From: Campylobacterota bacterium
GTDB lineage: Bacteria > Campylobacterota > Campylobacteria > Campylobacterales > Sulfurimonadaceae
NCBI GenBank assembly: GCA_034717975.1
Contig: JAYEMF010000029.1
Location: 4,982 to 53,999, forward strand
Direction of reading: 5' to 3'
DNA length: 49,018 nt
The position numbers and the translations under genes were made by a program. Shown here one piece after another: positions 28,925-39,161 of the stretch; the first letter of the stretch is position 1, and every line of letters begins with the position of its first letter. The notes under the pieces were generated by a model. It saw only the letters and a list, made by a program, of their open reading frames with translations, was not told the origin of the DNA and ran no database searches.

Positions 28925-30646
28925 TCAAATGGCATTGGTTATATACCTTTCTCGTTTTTCTGGTTTTAGTTTCTGTATATCGACAACAATATAGCCGTCA
29001 ATACAGTCATTGAACTCTGTATCAATTCCAAAATCCATAAACTCGACGCCACCCTCTGTACAGATATCACTGTATTGCTTGTAGAGGGTAGGAACAGTGA
29101 CATTAAATGCTTTCAGATAATCACGCAGTCTTTTAAAGTCTGCAGAGTAGTCATTGCCCTGAAATATCTGCTGCATCTCATCTTTTGTGAACTGAGAGAG
29201 ATGGTAGGGTGTTCTGGCATGCAGTGATGGTGTTTTTGAACCAAAATAGTTGTTATAGAAGTAGACCAGGGCCTCTTTGGCATGCTGTGGGTAGGAACCG
29301 CTGATACTGACAGCTCCAAACATATATCTGATTTGCGGATTATGACTAAGATATGCACCGATCCCTTGCCACAGGTAGTCAAGAGCACGCGTTCCCCAGT
29401 ACTTTGGTTGAACAAAGCTGCGACCAAGCTCAATGCCTTCGTTTAGATAGGCATCGGCAGACTCATCGATCTTGCATAACTCATTTAGATAGAGTCCCTC
29501 TTTGCCAAGCCATGAGAGGATCCAGTCGCACTCACCGATGCGATAGGCTCCGACCACTTCCAGTGCATCCTCATCCCAAAGAACAAGATGCTGGTAATAC
29601 TCATCATACTTGTCAATATCTTTACGCTGACCACTTCCCTCCCCTACTTTACGGAAGGAGTATTCGCGAAGCCGTCCTATCTCGCTGATGAGCGTCGGTG
29701 CATATTCAGACTCGATCAGGTAGATCTGTTTATTGTCTGTCGTTGTACCGAGTTGTTCACCCTGCTTCAGCTCTTGTTTGATAGTCTGCCGGGATTCAGG
29801 ATGTGCAATGCACTGTTCGGTTGTGTAAATACCCTTTTTGCCACGTGCAAGACGGTACAGGTGACGGCGAAAGAGTTTGGCATGCTGCTTGTAGTCAAGA
29901 TGCATACTGCTTATGGCATGTGCCGTGATCTGCTCACCTACAGTAAACTCAAAAACAGAGTTTCGGGCCATAAACATCTCATGACTGAGCAGTATCGTTC
30001 CCAATGGACGATAAACCCATGAAGCACCATAAAACAGCAGAGAGTTTTTTGCATTGATATAGACAGGGAGTATTGGGCTTTGCGTCCGTTTGGCAAACTT
30101 GACGAAGCCACTCTTCCACTTTCCGTCGCGTATACCGTTTAAATAGGCACGGGAAACTTCTCCTGAAGGGAAAAATATTACTGCCTCTTCATTATTTAGA
30201 GCTTCATCAACTTTGCACAGGCTCTCTTTTGAGAGTTTGCCGCTGAGGTTGTCAACCGGAATCAGTTGCTCTTTGAGTTGTGAAAATTTCGAAAGCATAT
30301 TATTGGCGACAATTTTTACCTTTTTGTCCTGACGCAGAGAACTTACCATTTGGATGAGTGCAAGTGCATCCAATGCACCCAGCGGATGATTGGCAACAAT
30401 AATTACCTTGCCAAGTGCCGGAATATTCTGAACCTGCTTAGTATCTACTTTATAGGATATGTTTAGGTGGTCAAGAACTGCGTTGATAAAGTTCAAACCG
30501 GTTTCATTGTGTTCTTTGAGAAAAGAATGAATACTTTTCTCATGAAAAAGCAGTTTTAAAAAACTAACCGTAGGCTTATGGAGATATGTTGGAAACGTAA
30601 AAAGTTTTGGGTATTGACTCCTGAGAGTACCTTCAACCGTAATCAT
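28925..30646 (-). CDS. Bifunctional acyltransferase (PlsC-like plus GNAT), OlsF-like ornithine lipid synthase
   Basis: ANHPLGALD and FFPSGEVS, then EIGRLRE, VVGAYR, IELGRSFV, LWQGIG, VPTLYKQY. Confidence 0.8.
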   Translation of the reverse strand: MITVEGTLRSQYPKLFTFPTYLHKPTVSFLKLLFHEKSIHSFLKEHNETGLNFINAVLDHLNISYKVDTKQVQNIPALGKVIIVANHPLGALDALALIQMVSSLRQDKKVKIVANNMLSKFSQLKEQLIPVDNLSGKLSKESLCKVDEALNNEEAVIFFPSGEVSRAYLNGIRDGKWKSGFVKFAKRTQSPILPVYINAKNSLLFYGASWVYRPLGTILLSHEMFMARNSVFEFTVGEQITAHAISSMHLDYKQHAKLFRRHLYRLARGKKGIYTTEQCIAHPESRQTIKQELKQGEQLGTTTDNKQIYLIESEYAPTLISEIGRLREYSFRKVGEGSGQRKDIDKYDEYYQHLVLWDEDALEVVGAYRIGECDWILSWLGKEGLYLNELCKIDESADAYLNEGIELGRSFVQPKYWGTRALDYLWQGIGAYLSHNPQIRYMFGAVSISGSYPQHAKEALVYFYNNYFGSKTPSLHARTPYHLSQFTKDEMQQIFQGNDYSADFKRLRDYLKAFNVTVPTLYKQYSDICTEGGVEFMDFGIDTEFNDCIDGYIVVDIQKLKPEKRERYITNAI

Positions 30647-31079
30647 GAATTTTCCTCGCAGTTCCTGCTATAAGCAGTGATCATATGTTGATTTATATTG
30701 TCTTGGAAAGTATAGAAGCCCATGGTTACAGGAGTGCTACGATATCGATACAAAATAGTAATAAAGAAGGAAAAGAAAATTTTTTTCGTTAAGGTGTGAA
30801 TAACTCATTCCCATTAAATGATAGTCGATATCAAGCAATAGTGTCAAGAAGATATGAAAGTGCTATAGTGCCCTGTTTTAGGGACTTTCAGTGCCGGTTA
30901 AGGTAGGGTAAATTAAGAAAAATTTTAGATAAAATAAGCCTGAAGTTCTTGATAACTTTGTGACAAAATAAAAAAAACATGAAATTTTATTCACACGTTA
31001 GAACACAGTGTGAAATCTACACATTTTGGCAAATTTAGTAGAAATTTCATAGGATGAAATTTTTTTTAAGGGAGTTGTT

Positions 31080-31691
31080 TTAGTTGTCAGATGTTATTAG
31101 AGGTACAAAGACAAAGCCGTCAAATTGATGGTGTCTGACATGACCATTTTTATCTTTATGACAGACGATAATAGCATTTGCGACAGGGATTACTAAAGTA
31201 CCATCAGGTTTCAGCTGATCAAGCAGGGTGCTGGGAAATGTATGGGCGGCAGCTGAGACCAGAATCTTGTCAAACTGCATTTGCGGTATACCAAGCTGTG
31301 AACCTGCATTCAATACTATGGCATTTTGAAAAGAGTATTTGGTGAGGTTGCTATTGGCAAAAGTGACAAGCTCTTTGATCCGGTCAAGGCCAATGACCTG
31401 TTTGGCCATAGTAGCCATCAATGCCGTTGTCCATCCTGAACCGGCACCAATATCCATAACAAGGTCATTCTGCCTGATTTGAAGCGCTTCAAGCATAAAG
31501 GCGACGGTAAAAGGCTGAGAGATGGTCTGACCATATCCGATGGGAAGAGGGTGGTCTTCATAAGCCTGGAGTGAAAGTGGATCAGGGATGAAGTCAGCAC
31601 GGTCTATAGTTAAAAAAGCATCTATGAGCATTTTCGATCTCAATACACCGCTTTGACGAAGATGTGAGACCAGTTCAGCTTGATTCCTCAT
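31080..31691 (-). CDS. pcm: Second protein-L-isoaspartate O-methyltransferase
   Basis: IGYGQTISQP, DIGAGSGW, FDKILVSAA, FVFVPL. Confidence 0.88.
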   Translation of the reverse strand: MRNQAELVSHLRQSGVLRSKMLIDAFLTIDRADFIPDPLSLQAYEDHPLPIGYGQTISQPFTVAFMLEALQIRQNDLVMDIGAGSGWTTALMATMAKQVIGLDRIKELVTFANSNLTKYSFQNAIVLNAGSQLGIPQMQFDKILVSAAAHTFPSTLLDQLKPDGTLVIPVANAIIVCHKDKNGHVRHHQFDGFVFVPLITSDN

Positions 31692-31878
31692 AATAAGGGT
31701 ACCTCTAAATAGATTGTAGCATAGTTGAGATGTGAAGGTTGCCGGTAGAAGTTGAGATGGATATAAGAAAAGTGTGTTAAGATTGCAGACATAAACGGCC
31801 TCCCTGGTGTGTTGGCCGTTTACCTCTCTTTAAAAATCTTCCGTGTATAACATTATGTTAGTCAATTGTTAGTAAGAG

Positions 31879-32121
31879 CTAGACTTGATTATAACGTTTT
31901 ATGATCTTCTTAACACGATTTTTCAATTTACGCAGCGCATCGGTAGAGTCTTTGCCATCAGCCGTTAGATTGCCGAAGTAGACATTCTCTTCAAATTGCA
32001 CCTTGGCTACCCAGCCGATCTTTGTATGGTATTTCACACCGACAAAGCGTACATCGCCAAAATTATCTTGGGAAAGCTGGTGAATACGTAGAATACGCTC
32101 AGAATCTGTTTTTTGTGACAT
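31879..32121 (-). CDS. Hypothetical protein
   Basis: 80 aa ORF with AAGGAGAG RBS and an upstream TGCTATAAT. Confidence 0.75.
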   Translation of the reverse strand: MSQKTDSERILRIHQLSQDNFGDVRFVGVKYHTKIGWVAKVQFEENVYFGNLTADGKDSTDALRKLKNRVKKIIKRYNQV

Positions 32122-32165
32122 AATATCTCTCCTTTAATAAACAGAGTAATTATAGCACTATCGCG

Positions 32166-32276
32166 TTACGCATCATCATCATCATCATCTTTGTTTAGTG
32201 CCCATAAAAAGCCGCCTATGCCGATAACCAGTACCAGTACTAAAAATATAATTTGTATGTATTCAATTGTTCCCAT
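32166..32276 (-). CDS. Small membrane protein (36 aa) with poly-Asp tail, not in ORF track
   Basis: [36 protein letters not shown]; overlaps the rlmN 3' end. Confidence 0.6.
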   Translation of the reverse strand: MGTIEYIQIIFLVLVLVIGIGGFLWALNKDDDDDDA

Positions 32277-33345
32277 ATTTCTCTTCTTCTGTTTTCTCTT
32301 TTAATTGACCGCACGCAGCGCTGATATCGATACCTTTTGAATCCCTGATGGTACAAAGAAGTCCATGACTGACAAGATACTCCTGAAACTTCACCATATC
32401 TTCCGGAGCAGGGCGCTTGTAGTCACTGTCCGGATAAGGATTAAAGTAGATCAGGTTTACTTTTGCTTTAATACCGTGAAGCAGTTTGACAAGTTTTTTG
32501 GCCGATGTGATATCATCGTTTTTGTCTTTTATGACGAGGTACTCGAACATGACCCGTTTTCGGGTATCGATAGGGAAGCGTTTGACAGCGTCGATGATCG
32601 AGGCGATGTTGTAGGCCTTGTTCATAGGGATCAGCTCGGTGCGCAGTTCATCATCTACGGCGTGCAGGGAGATAGCGATGTGTACACCCAAATCCATCTT
32701 TCCAAGCTGGTCGATTTTGGAACTGAGGCCGCTGGTCGAAACCGTCTGCCGTTTCCCTGAGATGCTCAGCCCCTCTTCATCCTTGAATATCCTGATGGCT
32801 TTAGCGAGGTTGTCCAGGTTGTCCAGCGGCTCTCCCATACCCATGTAGACGATGTTAAGACGCCGATGAGCTGCCAGGCCGTTATCTTTTTTGACAGCCA
32901 GAACCTGTGCAACAATCTCACCCGCTGTCAGATCGCGTGTAAAACCGCCTTTGGCTGTCAGACAGAAAGAGCATCCTACTTTACAGCCTACCTGGGTAGA
33001 GACGCAGACGGTATATTTGGCTTCTTGAGAGACATTGCCTTCTTCATCATACTGAGTCTCTTTCATCTTCAGCCAGACAGTTTCAACTGTCTTGCCGTCA
33101 GGAAGCTCGAAGAGGTACTTGATAGTCCCATCAGTTGCCTCTTCCTTGCGTAGGATCTTAAGCGGCATCAGCAGATACTTCTCATCCAGCTCTTCACGCA
33201 GGGCTTTGGGAATATTTTTCATCTCATCAAAGCTGTCAACGTACTGGTTGTATATCCAGCCAAAGATCTGTTTGGCACGGAAGCTAGGTTTAGCGATCTG
33301 CGTCAACTCTTCTTTGGTAAAGTCGAGGATAGTCTGTTTGCTCAC
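32263..33345 (-). CDS. rlmN: 23S rRNA m2A2503 / tRNA A37 methyltransferase RlmN
   Basis: [13 protein letters not shown] radical-SAM motif, [16 protein letters not shown]. Confidence 0.96.
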   Translation of the reverse strand: MSKQTILDFTKEELTQIAKPSFRAKQIFGWIYNQYVDSFDEMKNIPKALREELDEKYLLMPLKILRKEEATDGTIKYLFELPDGKTVETVWLKMKETQYDEEGNVSQEAKYTVCVSTQVGCKVGCSFCLTAKGGFTRDLTAGEIVAQVLAVKKDNGLAAHRRLNIVYMGMGEPLDNLDNLAKAIRIFKDEEGLSISGKRQTVSTSGLSSKIDQLGKMDLGVHIAISLHAVDDELRTELIPMNKAYNIASIIDAVKRFPIDTRKRVMFEYLVIKDKNDDITSAKKLVKLLHGIKAKVNLIYFNPYPDSDYKRPAPEDMVKFQEYLVSHGLLCTIRDSKGIDISAACGQLKEKTEEEKYGNN

Positions 33346-33881
33346 GATACGAGCTCCTTGATGCGTCGCGGAACATACTCAGTTAGTTTCCGCTTGGCTT
33401 CAGCATGGTTTGCAATGAAATCATCATGCGCCTTTTCATTGCAGTAGTTGGTAACACAGAAGACACCACCGGCAGGGATGTCAAACTCCTGAGCTATGCG
33501 TAATACAGAGAAAAACTCCATGTTCTCAAGCGTGATACCAAGTTTCTCAAACTGCGCAGCCAGTTCCATATCGGTAGAGATGTAGTTAGAGCTGTTTACA
33601 ATGACATCGGCTCCCTGCTCTGTCTGGGTAGAGACAACATTGTCGAGTGGGGTATAGGACTTTTTCTGCAGGAAAGAGAGCTCCACATTGGCCGCAGTTT
33701 TAGACTCGACAATATCGAGGATATTGTGAGATCCATAGCTGCCGGCCGAACCGACAAAAAGAAGGAATTCAGGCTTGTCAAAAAGGCATAATCGGGTCAG
33801 GTTCATGGCCATCTCGATCAGGCCGACCCCCATTGGTGTGGCAAAGTCAAAGGTCTCGTTGTTTCCTGCGCAGATAATCAT
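33342..33881 (-). CDS. Purine-nucleoside phosphorylase/MTA nucleosidase family protein
   Basis: [18 protein letters not shown]. Confidence 0.75.
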   Translation of the reverse strand: MIICAGNNETFDFATPMGVGLIEMAMNLTRLCLFDKPEFLLFVGSAGSYGSHNILDIVESKTAANVELSFLQKKSYTPLDNVVSTQTEQGADVIVNSSNYISTDMELAAQFEKLGITLENMEFFSVLRIAQEFDIPAGGVFCVTNYCNEKAHDDFIANHAEAKRKLTEYVPRRIKELVS

Positions 33882-34636
33882 AAGCGGACAGGGATCCCTT
33901 GGTCGCTGAGGTAGTGTTTGAGATCCATAATATCGATCTCTTTGTAGTGAAAGATACTAGCGGCAAGTGCGGCATCTGCACCATGGTCGAATGCCTCTTT
34001 GATGTGATCCATGGTACCTGCTCCGCCACTGGCAATGATAGGCACATTGACCAGTTCACTGATCTGCTGGGTAATAGGGATGTCAAATCCGGCTTTGGTA
34101 CCATCGGCGTCCATGGAGGTGAGCAGAATCTCTCCTGCCCCGCGATCAACGACCTCTTTAGCCCACTCTACGGCATTGATACCGGTATCGATGCGTCCGC
34201 CATTGAGATAGACGTTGTAGTGCTCACCCGTGCGTTTGACATCGATTGCGGTAACGATACACTGTGAACCGAAACGTTTGGCCCCTTCATCGATGAGTTC
34301 CGGACGTTTGATGGCAGCGGAGTTGACACTCACTTTATCGCAGCCGACATTGAGTAGAGCATAGATGTCATCGAGTTTTCGGATCCCTCCGCCAACGGTT
34401 AGCGGAATAAAGACCTCTTTGGCCACTTCCTCGACGATATGCACGATGGTATCACGCTCTTCATGCGAAGCGGTAATGTCCAGAAATGTAAGCTCATCCG
34501 CCCCTTCTTCGTTGTAACGCTTGGCCACTTCAACCGGATCGCCGGCATCCTTGAGACCAACAAAGTTGACACCCTTGACGACACGGCCGTCTTTGACATC
34601 TAAACAGGGAATGATACGTTTGGCGAAATAGTCCAT
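33878..34636 (-). CDS. hisF: Imidazole glycerol phosphate synthase subunit HisF
   Basis: [43 protein letters not shown]. Confidence 0.97.
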   Translation of the reverse strand: MDYFAKRIIPCLDVKDGRVVKGVNFVGLKDAGDPVEVAKRYNEEGADELTFLDITASHEERDTIVHIVEEVAKEVFIPLTVGGGIRKLDDIYALLNVGCDKVSVNSAAIKRPELIDEGAKRFGSQCIVTAIDVKRTGEHYNVYLNGGRIDTGINAVEWAKEVVDRGAGEILLTSMDADGTKAGFDIPITQQISELVNVPIIASGGAGTMDHIKEAFDHGADAALAASIFHYKEIDIMDLKHYLSDQGIPVRL

Positions 34637-34763
34637 GAGAGCGGTTCCGAAGATAATTTGCAGAAGTATAGGGTAAATTGACTTATAACTACCCCTTCAA
34701 AATGAACTAAACTGGGGCACTGTTTACTCCTCTGGATCACTCACATATTGTAGATAGGAGCGA

Positions 34764-34895
34764 TTACTCTCCATTGCCAAGGTCACGGCAATGTTTTTGT
34801 GCAGATTCGAAAGTAAAACGGTCTGCTTTGGCTTCATGGAACTCGGCGAAAAGGGAAAGCTTTAAGAGTAGGAGCAAGATGAAAAATCTGATCAT
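34764..34895 (-). pseudogene. Truncated exported-protein remnant (43 aa)
   Basis: MIRFFILLLLLKLSLFA signal peptide, then FESAQKHCRDL, then an early stop. Confidence 0.4.
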
Positions 34896-34944
34896 AAATG
34901 AGCCCGTTTTTTGTGTTATTATATCAAGAAAAAATGAGTCTTAA

Positions 34945-35166
34945 ATGATCGATAAAGATAGAATGATCTGTGTCTGTAATTCGCTTGATATGCGTGAGAT
35001 TGCCGAATGTATCAAAGAAAACAATTTTCAGAGTGTTGCAGAGATGATAGAGAACAGCGAGTGTCCGATGGGTGATAAGTGTGAAAGCTGTATTGAAGAA
35101 GGGTATGAAAATGATGGCTACTCACTAGCGATGGTCTTATCGCTGGTGAAGCAGGGGCGTATTTAA
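34945..35166 (+). CDS. BFD-like (2Fe-2S)-binding protein
   Basis: ICVCN...GDKCESC cysteine pattern. Confidence 0.75.
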   Translation: MIDKDRMICVCNSLDMREIAECIKENNFQSVAEMIENSECPMGDKCESCIEEGYENDGYSLAMVLSLVKQGRI

Positions 35167-35169
35167 CGG

Positions 35170-35814
35170 TCAGGCACTTTCAAAACCGCTATGGACAAGT
35201 CCATGCCCAACTGTATTGAAGCCGGCTACACTGTTTTGCAGGTAGGTAGCATGGTTTTGCGCATCTTTAGATGATTGTGCAATGAGATTATAAGACTCAA
35301 TGGCACGAGTCGTCTGGAGCAGTGAAAATTGTTCAGTCTCCGCAGCTGTGGGTAATTCCCCTTCACTGGCGAGCCCCACATGACGTACACTATCACGTTG
35401 ACTGGCATCGATTTGATTGATCGGAAGGGTGGATGCCCGTTCTCCAACTCTGGAAAAATCACCACCATTATCTACATAAGTGTTGATAGCATCGCTACGC
35501 CGTAAATCAGCGGCAAAATTATTATAGTTTTCAATATAAGCTGCAGTGTCTTCATAAGCACTGCTTGTATTGTTGGCTTGCTGAGCTCCTGCTGCATAAG
35601 CCTCGATTTGCGCCTGTGTCGAGCGATAACCGGCAACACCGGCAATACCCTCCCTTACCGTATCGCGCTGTTCCTCAGAGAGCTCCTGTTCAGGTGGTTG
35701 CAGTTGTTCTGGTGTTCTTCTCTGTGTTTGAGGAACAGAGAAAGGCGATGTACCCGTCTCTTGGGACTGGACAGGAAGTGAGCTGATAGTAGTACTATTG
35801 GCAATAGAACTCAT
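35170..35814 (-). CDS. Hypothetical low-complexity protein
   Basis: 214 aa ORF with AAGGAG RBS; Q/S/T/A-rich. Confidence 0.7.
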   Translation of the reverse strand: MSSIANSTTISSLPVQSQETGTSPFSVPQTQRRTPEQLQPPEQELSEEQRDTVREGIAGVAGYRSTQAQIEAYAAGAQQANNTSSAYEDTAAYIENYNNFAADLRRSDAINTYVDNGGDFSRVGERASTLPINQIDASQRDSVRHVGLASEGELPTAAETEQFSLLQTTRAIESYNLIAQSSKDAQNHATYLQNSVAGFNTVGHGLVHSGFESA

Positions 35815-35826
35815 TTTCGGCTCCTT

Positions 35827-36117
35827 TTAACTCGAATAGGCAGTAACGGCTTGTGCTTGATTGTTGGTAGAGGTAAAACTCTCCAGAGCAGAACTAACTC
35901 CCATATCGGTTGAGACATTTGCAACATTGACAGACGCCCCTCCTGTCGCTTGTGCAATATAGGCATCTGCTTCCGGCTGGGTTGGTCTGCTCTCTACAGA
36001 GGCTAAATTATTCACTGCTTCTGTCTGTTGCTCTTGCTGTTGTGATTGAGGATCAGGCCGACCTATTTGAACTTGATGGGGATAAGGTGACTGAAAAGTA
36101 TAGGATGTGACATTCAT
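35827..36117 (-). CDS. Hypothetical low-complexity protein
   Basis: 96 aa ORF with GAGGAGG RBS and an upstream TGTTATAAT. Confidence 0.75.
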   Translation of the reverse strand: MNVTSYTFQSPYPHQVQIGRPDPQSQQQEQQTEAVNNLASVESRPTQPEADAYIAQATGGASVNVANVSTDMGVSSALESFTSTNNQAQAVTAYSS

Positions 36118-36197
36118 AATATCCTCCTCATTTCATACATTATAACACAAGTGTGAAAAAAGGTTGCTTTAGAGGAGGAGTATGCTACAATTCTCTC

Positions 36198-36569
36198 ATG
36201 TATTACGTTATCCAGCATCGCCATAATGATCCAAAAAAATACTACACTGTTTTTGTCGTCCCGAAGTTCATTACCTCTAAAGAGAACGATAATGTGATCT
36301 TTGAGTTTCACTTGTCTGATGGTAAAACAAAACGGAAGTGGACGGCTAAAAAAGAGATCATACTCCTGACTGATGATGAGGCTTTTTTCAAAAAAGTACT
36401 GGCAAGATTGACAGTTACTCAAAACAGACATCTTCAGCAGATCCAGCATGCTGAAGAGAATCTGCAAAATGAGTTTAGCAAAATGGCGTCAGCCATGGAA
36501 AACGAGTTTGAAGACCTTGATGAGGAGAGAAAAGAAGAGAGCTTTCCCTGCCTGCTCAAGTTTGGTTAG
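36198..36569 (+). CDS. Hypothetical protein
   Basis: Start placed at ATG 36198, 6 nt after TGCTACAAT; coiled-coil C-terminus. Confidence 0.7.
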   Translation: MYYVIQHRHNDPKKYYTVFVVPKFITSKENDNVIFEFHLSDGKTKRKWTAKKEIILLTDDEAFFKKVLARLTVTQNRHLQQIQHAEENLQNEFSKMASAMENEFEDLDEERKEESFPCLLKFG

Positions 36570-37167
36570 CCGGCACTAACATGTTTGTTAGTGTTTCGTA
36601 AGTGCGGTAGCCTCTGATGACACTGAGGTGCCCCTGGTCATCCAAGAGAATGAGTGCGGGGAATGAGGCCGCACCATAGAGGCGGGCCCTGTCTCTATCC
36701 TGCCGGGCAAGTTCTCTGCTCTTCTTGTCTTTAAAGCTGCGTTCAAATCCCTTCAGATCGAATCCGGACAAGAGCTCTACGATCACATCTTCCTGCGTAA
36801 TATCTTTCCCCTCTGCATAAAAAGCGTTTTGCAGAGCAAAGAGTACGTCAAAGGCAAGAGGTTCATCTATCTCACGGGTGAGGGCTACAGCAGTACAGGC
36901 CGGTTCGGTGGTGTAGTTAAAGGCAGACTGTTCCAGCAGTGTCTGTGAAAAAGGCTGCCCTGTCAAAGCTGCTACCTTCTCCCAGTTCTCTTTGAGATGG
37001 TTCTTGAAGCTGTTATCCCACACATGTCCATTTCTGAGACCTCCCATGATGAGTGAAAATGTGATCTCTTTTGGAAGGGATGCCCGCAGTTTCTTGATTT
37101 CAGGGGCAAAGCCCCAGCACCAGGAGCACATGGGGTCGGCGACATAGATGATCTTTTCCAGGGACAT
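36556..37167 (-). CDS. DsbA-family (FrnE-like) protein
   Basis: DPMCSWCWGF, SFPAL. Confidence 0.88.
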   Translation of the reverse strand: MSLEKIIYVADPMCSWCWGFAPEIKKLRASLPKEITFSLIMGGLRNGHVWDNSFKNHLKENWEKVAALTGQPFSQTLLEQSAFNYTTEPACTAVALTREIDEPLAFDVLFALQNAFYAEGKDITQEDVIVELLSGFDLKGFERSFKDKKSRELARQDRDRARLYGAASFPALILLDDQGHLSVIRGYRTYETLTNMLVPANQT

Positions 37168-37173
37168 GATAGA

Positions 37174-37707
37174 CTAGTTTGCCAATTTTTCCGGAAACTT
37201 CATCATAAACTTCTGTACCTTTGGCGCAACAACCATCTGGCAGTATCCCTGGTTTGGATTGAGTTTGAAATAGTTTTGGTGATAGGCTTCAGCCCGGTAA
37301 AATGTCGGGGCAGGGGAGAGCTCTGTGACGATTGGATTGCTAAAGCTGTTCTGCATGTTAGCGATAGAAGCTTTTGCCTCATCTTCTTGTTTCTCATTTT
37401 GAAAGAAAATAACGGAACGGTATTGTGTTCCTTTGTCCGCACCCTGCTGGTTGAGGGTGGTCGGGTCATGAATCACCCAGAAAATATCCAGGATCTCATT
37501 GAAACCGATGATCTCCGGATCAAAGGTGATCTCGACCACTTCGGCATGACCGGTAGCCCCTGAACAGATGTTCTCGTAGGTGGGGTTGGGACGTGCTCCT
37601 CCGGCATAACCGCTGAGGGCTGACTTGACTCCTTCGACTCGGTTGTAAACGGCTTCAATGCACCAAAAACAGCCTCCGCCGATTAATGCTACTTCTTCTT
37701 TACTCAT
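37174..37707 (-). CDS. msrA: Peptide-methionine (S)-S-oxide reductase
   Basis: GGCFWC, TGHAE, HDPT, GTQYRS, AEAYHQ. Confidence 0.96.
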   Translation of the reverse strand: MSKEEVALIGGGCFWCIEAVYNRVEGVKSALSGYAGGARPNPTYENICSGATGHAEVVEITFDPEIIGFNEILDIFWVIHDPTTLNQQGADKGTQYRSVIFFQNEKQEDEAKASIANMQNSFSNPIVTELSPAPTFYRAEAYHQNYFKLNPNQGYCQMVVAPKVQKFMMKFPEKLAN

Positions 37708-38614
37708 TGATTCTTTCCTTTAGTGAGTGATATATTTGATTGATTTGTACTACCTGGACTCCCAGACGTTTTGCTTCTTTTACGACATAGCCGGTAAGGG
37801 TTTCTAATTCAGTTTTACGATTGTTTTGAAAATCAAGATGCATGGATGTTGATGCTTCTTCCGGAAGATTTGAAGCCGTTTTCAGTGCTTTTTCCACTTC
37901 GCCATCAAGATTGATCCCTTTGGCAGCGGCTACGGCGGCGATCTCTTCCAAAACAGTTTTGGCCATAGAGTAGTGGGTGTCATAAACTGGTCGGATGTTC
38001 ATATCATAGTATGAGGTGAGGGTGGCAAATGCACTGATAAAAAGGTACTTTTTCCAGAGGGCTGTTTCTATATCGTCAGGGATTTTTGTCCGCAGGCCGG
38101 CATCTTTGAACATATGCTCAATATAAAGGCTCTCTCCAAGCCATTGCTGATGGCCGAATATAGCAGTAAAAACCTTGCCCTGTTTTTGGATAACTCCCGC
38201 TTCTTGGATGTGTGAAAGGATGTAGACCGCACCGTTAATGACTTTTGCGTCGACCAGGCCCGCAATCGTTTCGGCATTGTTCACACCGTTGCCAAAGGGG
38301 ATGATGACGGTGTCAGGCCGAATATTTTTTTTGAGATCGAGAAGGGCCTCTTCTATATCGTAGCTTTTGACGCTAAAGAGCAGCAGGTCGAACGTGCCTG
38401 TCATCTCATTGGCGGTGCAGACTTGCGTAGGGACCGCTGTGAATTCACCTTCATCTTCGATCACACGCAGACCGTTCACTTTGACGGCTTCGGCATGTTC
38501 GCCTCTTGCAATGAAGATCACTTCGTACTTTTTCTTTTGTGTACCGATCAGCGAACACAGTTTTGCACCGATATACCCGCCTACGCCGCCGATCCCGACA
38601 ATACCTATTTTCAT
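37700..38614 (-). CDS. panE: Ketopantoate reductase
   Basis: GIGGVGG, VKSY, LWKK, TSMHLD...TELE. Confidence 0.85.
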   Translation of the reverse strand: MKIGIVGIGGVGGYIGAKLCSLIGTQKKKYEVIFIARGEHAEAVKVNGLRVIEDEGEFTAVPTQVCTANEMTGTFDLLLFSVKSYDIEEALLDLKKNIRPDTVIIPFGNGVNNAETIAGLVDAKVINGAVYILSHIQEAGVIQKQGKVFTAIFGHQQWLGESLYIEHMFKDAGLRTKIPDDIETALWKKYLFISAFATLTSYYDMNIRPVYDTHYSMAKTVLEEIAAVAAAKGINLDGEVEKALKTASNLPEEASTSMHLDFQNNRKTELETLTGYVVKEAKRLGVQVVQINQIYHSLKERINE

Positions 38615-38648
38615 GGGTTAACTGCTCCCGCTTTTTTTGGCATGATAT

Positions 38649-39061
38649 CTAATCTTGGTCCATATCGCAATGTTCCGGTTCGTTTCGTTTCAGGTAGGGT
38701 TTAGCAAGGAGATAGAGCAGCATCGTCCACATTGCAATGGTGCTGGCAATGTGGTACCAATGGGCCTCTTCATGCGCGTGGAGATGAGAAAACTGAGTGT
38801 CGCCCCTTTGGAAGCACCGCTTTTTTTGATGGCGGTTGCCAGGGGGATAACACCGCAGGAGCAGACGGGAAGGGGAACGCCAAAGAGTGTCGCTTTGACG
38901 ACAGAACCGACCGTATCGTTGCCAAGGTGTTTTTCAACGACAGTTGTCGGAATCAGTTCATGCAGGATCCCGGCAAAGAAGAGTCCAAAGAGAATATAGA
39001 CCGCCATATCGTTGCTGAGCGAGATCAGAGCAGTAGCGAATATCTCCAGCAGTTCAAACAT
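38649..39061 (-). pseudogene. SO_0444/ArsP (DUF318)-type permease with an internal frameshifting deletion
   Basis: N-terminus up to PLPVCSCGVIP...SFLIST is joined out of frame to a C-terminal TM segment HEEAHWYHIASTIAMWTMLLYLLAKPY ending at 38649. Confidence 0.8.
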
Positions 39062-39161
39062 AACTATCTCCTAAAATAATAGATTATTATCTTATATTAT
39101 ATTGATGGAGAAACTTAACGGATTGATTCAATATGGAACAGAGACTTATTCTTTAGCTTAT

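Noticed and set aside
30647..31079. This spacer as oriC itself
   Set aside because: No dnaA or dnaN adjacent and only two perfect DnaA boxes; kept only as a possible accessory site.
31840..31865. gtgtataa-ca-ttatgttag as a dif site
   Set aside because: The spacer is 2 bp rather than 6 bp, and the region appears origin-proximal.
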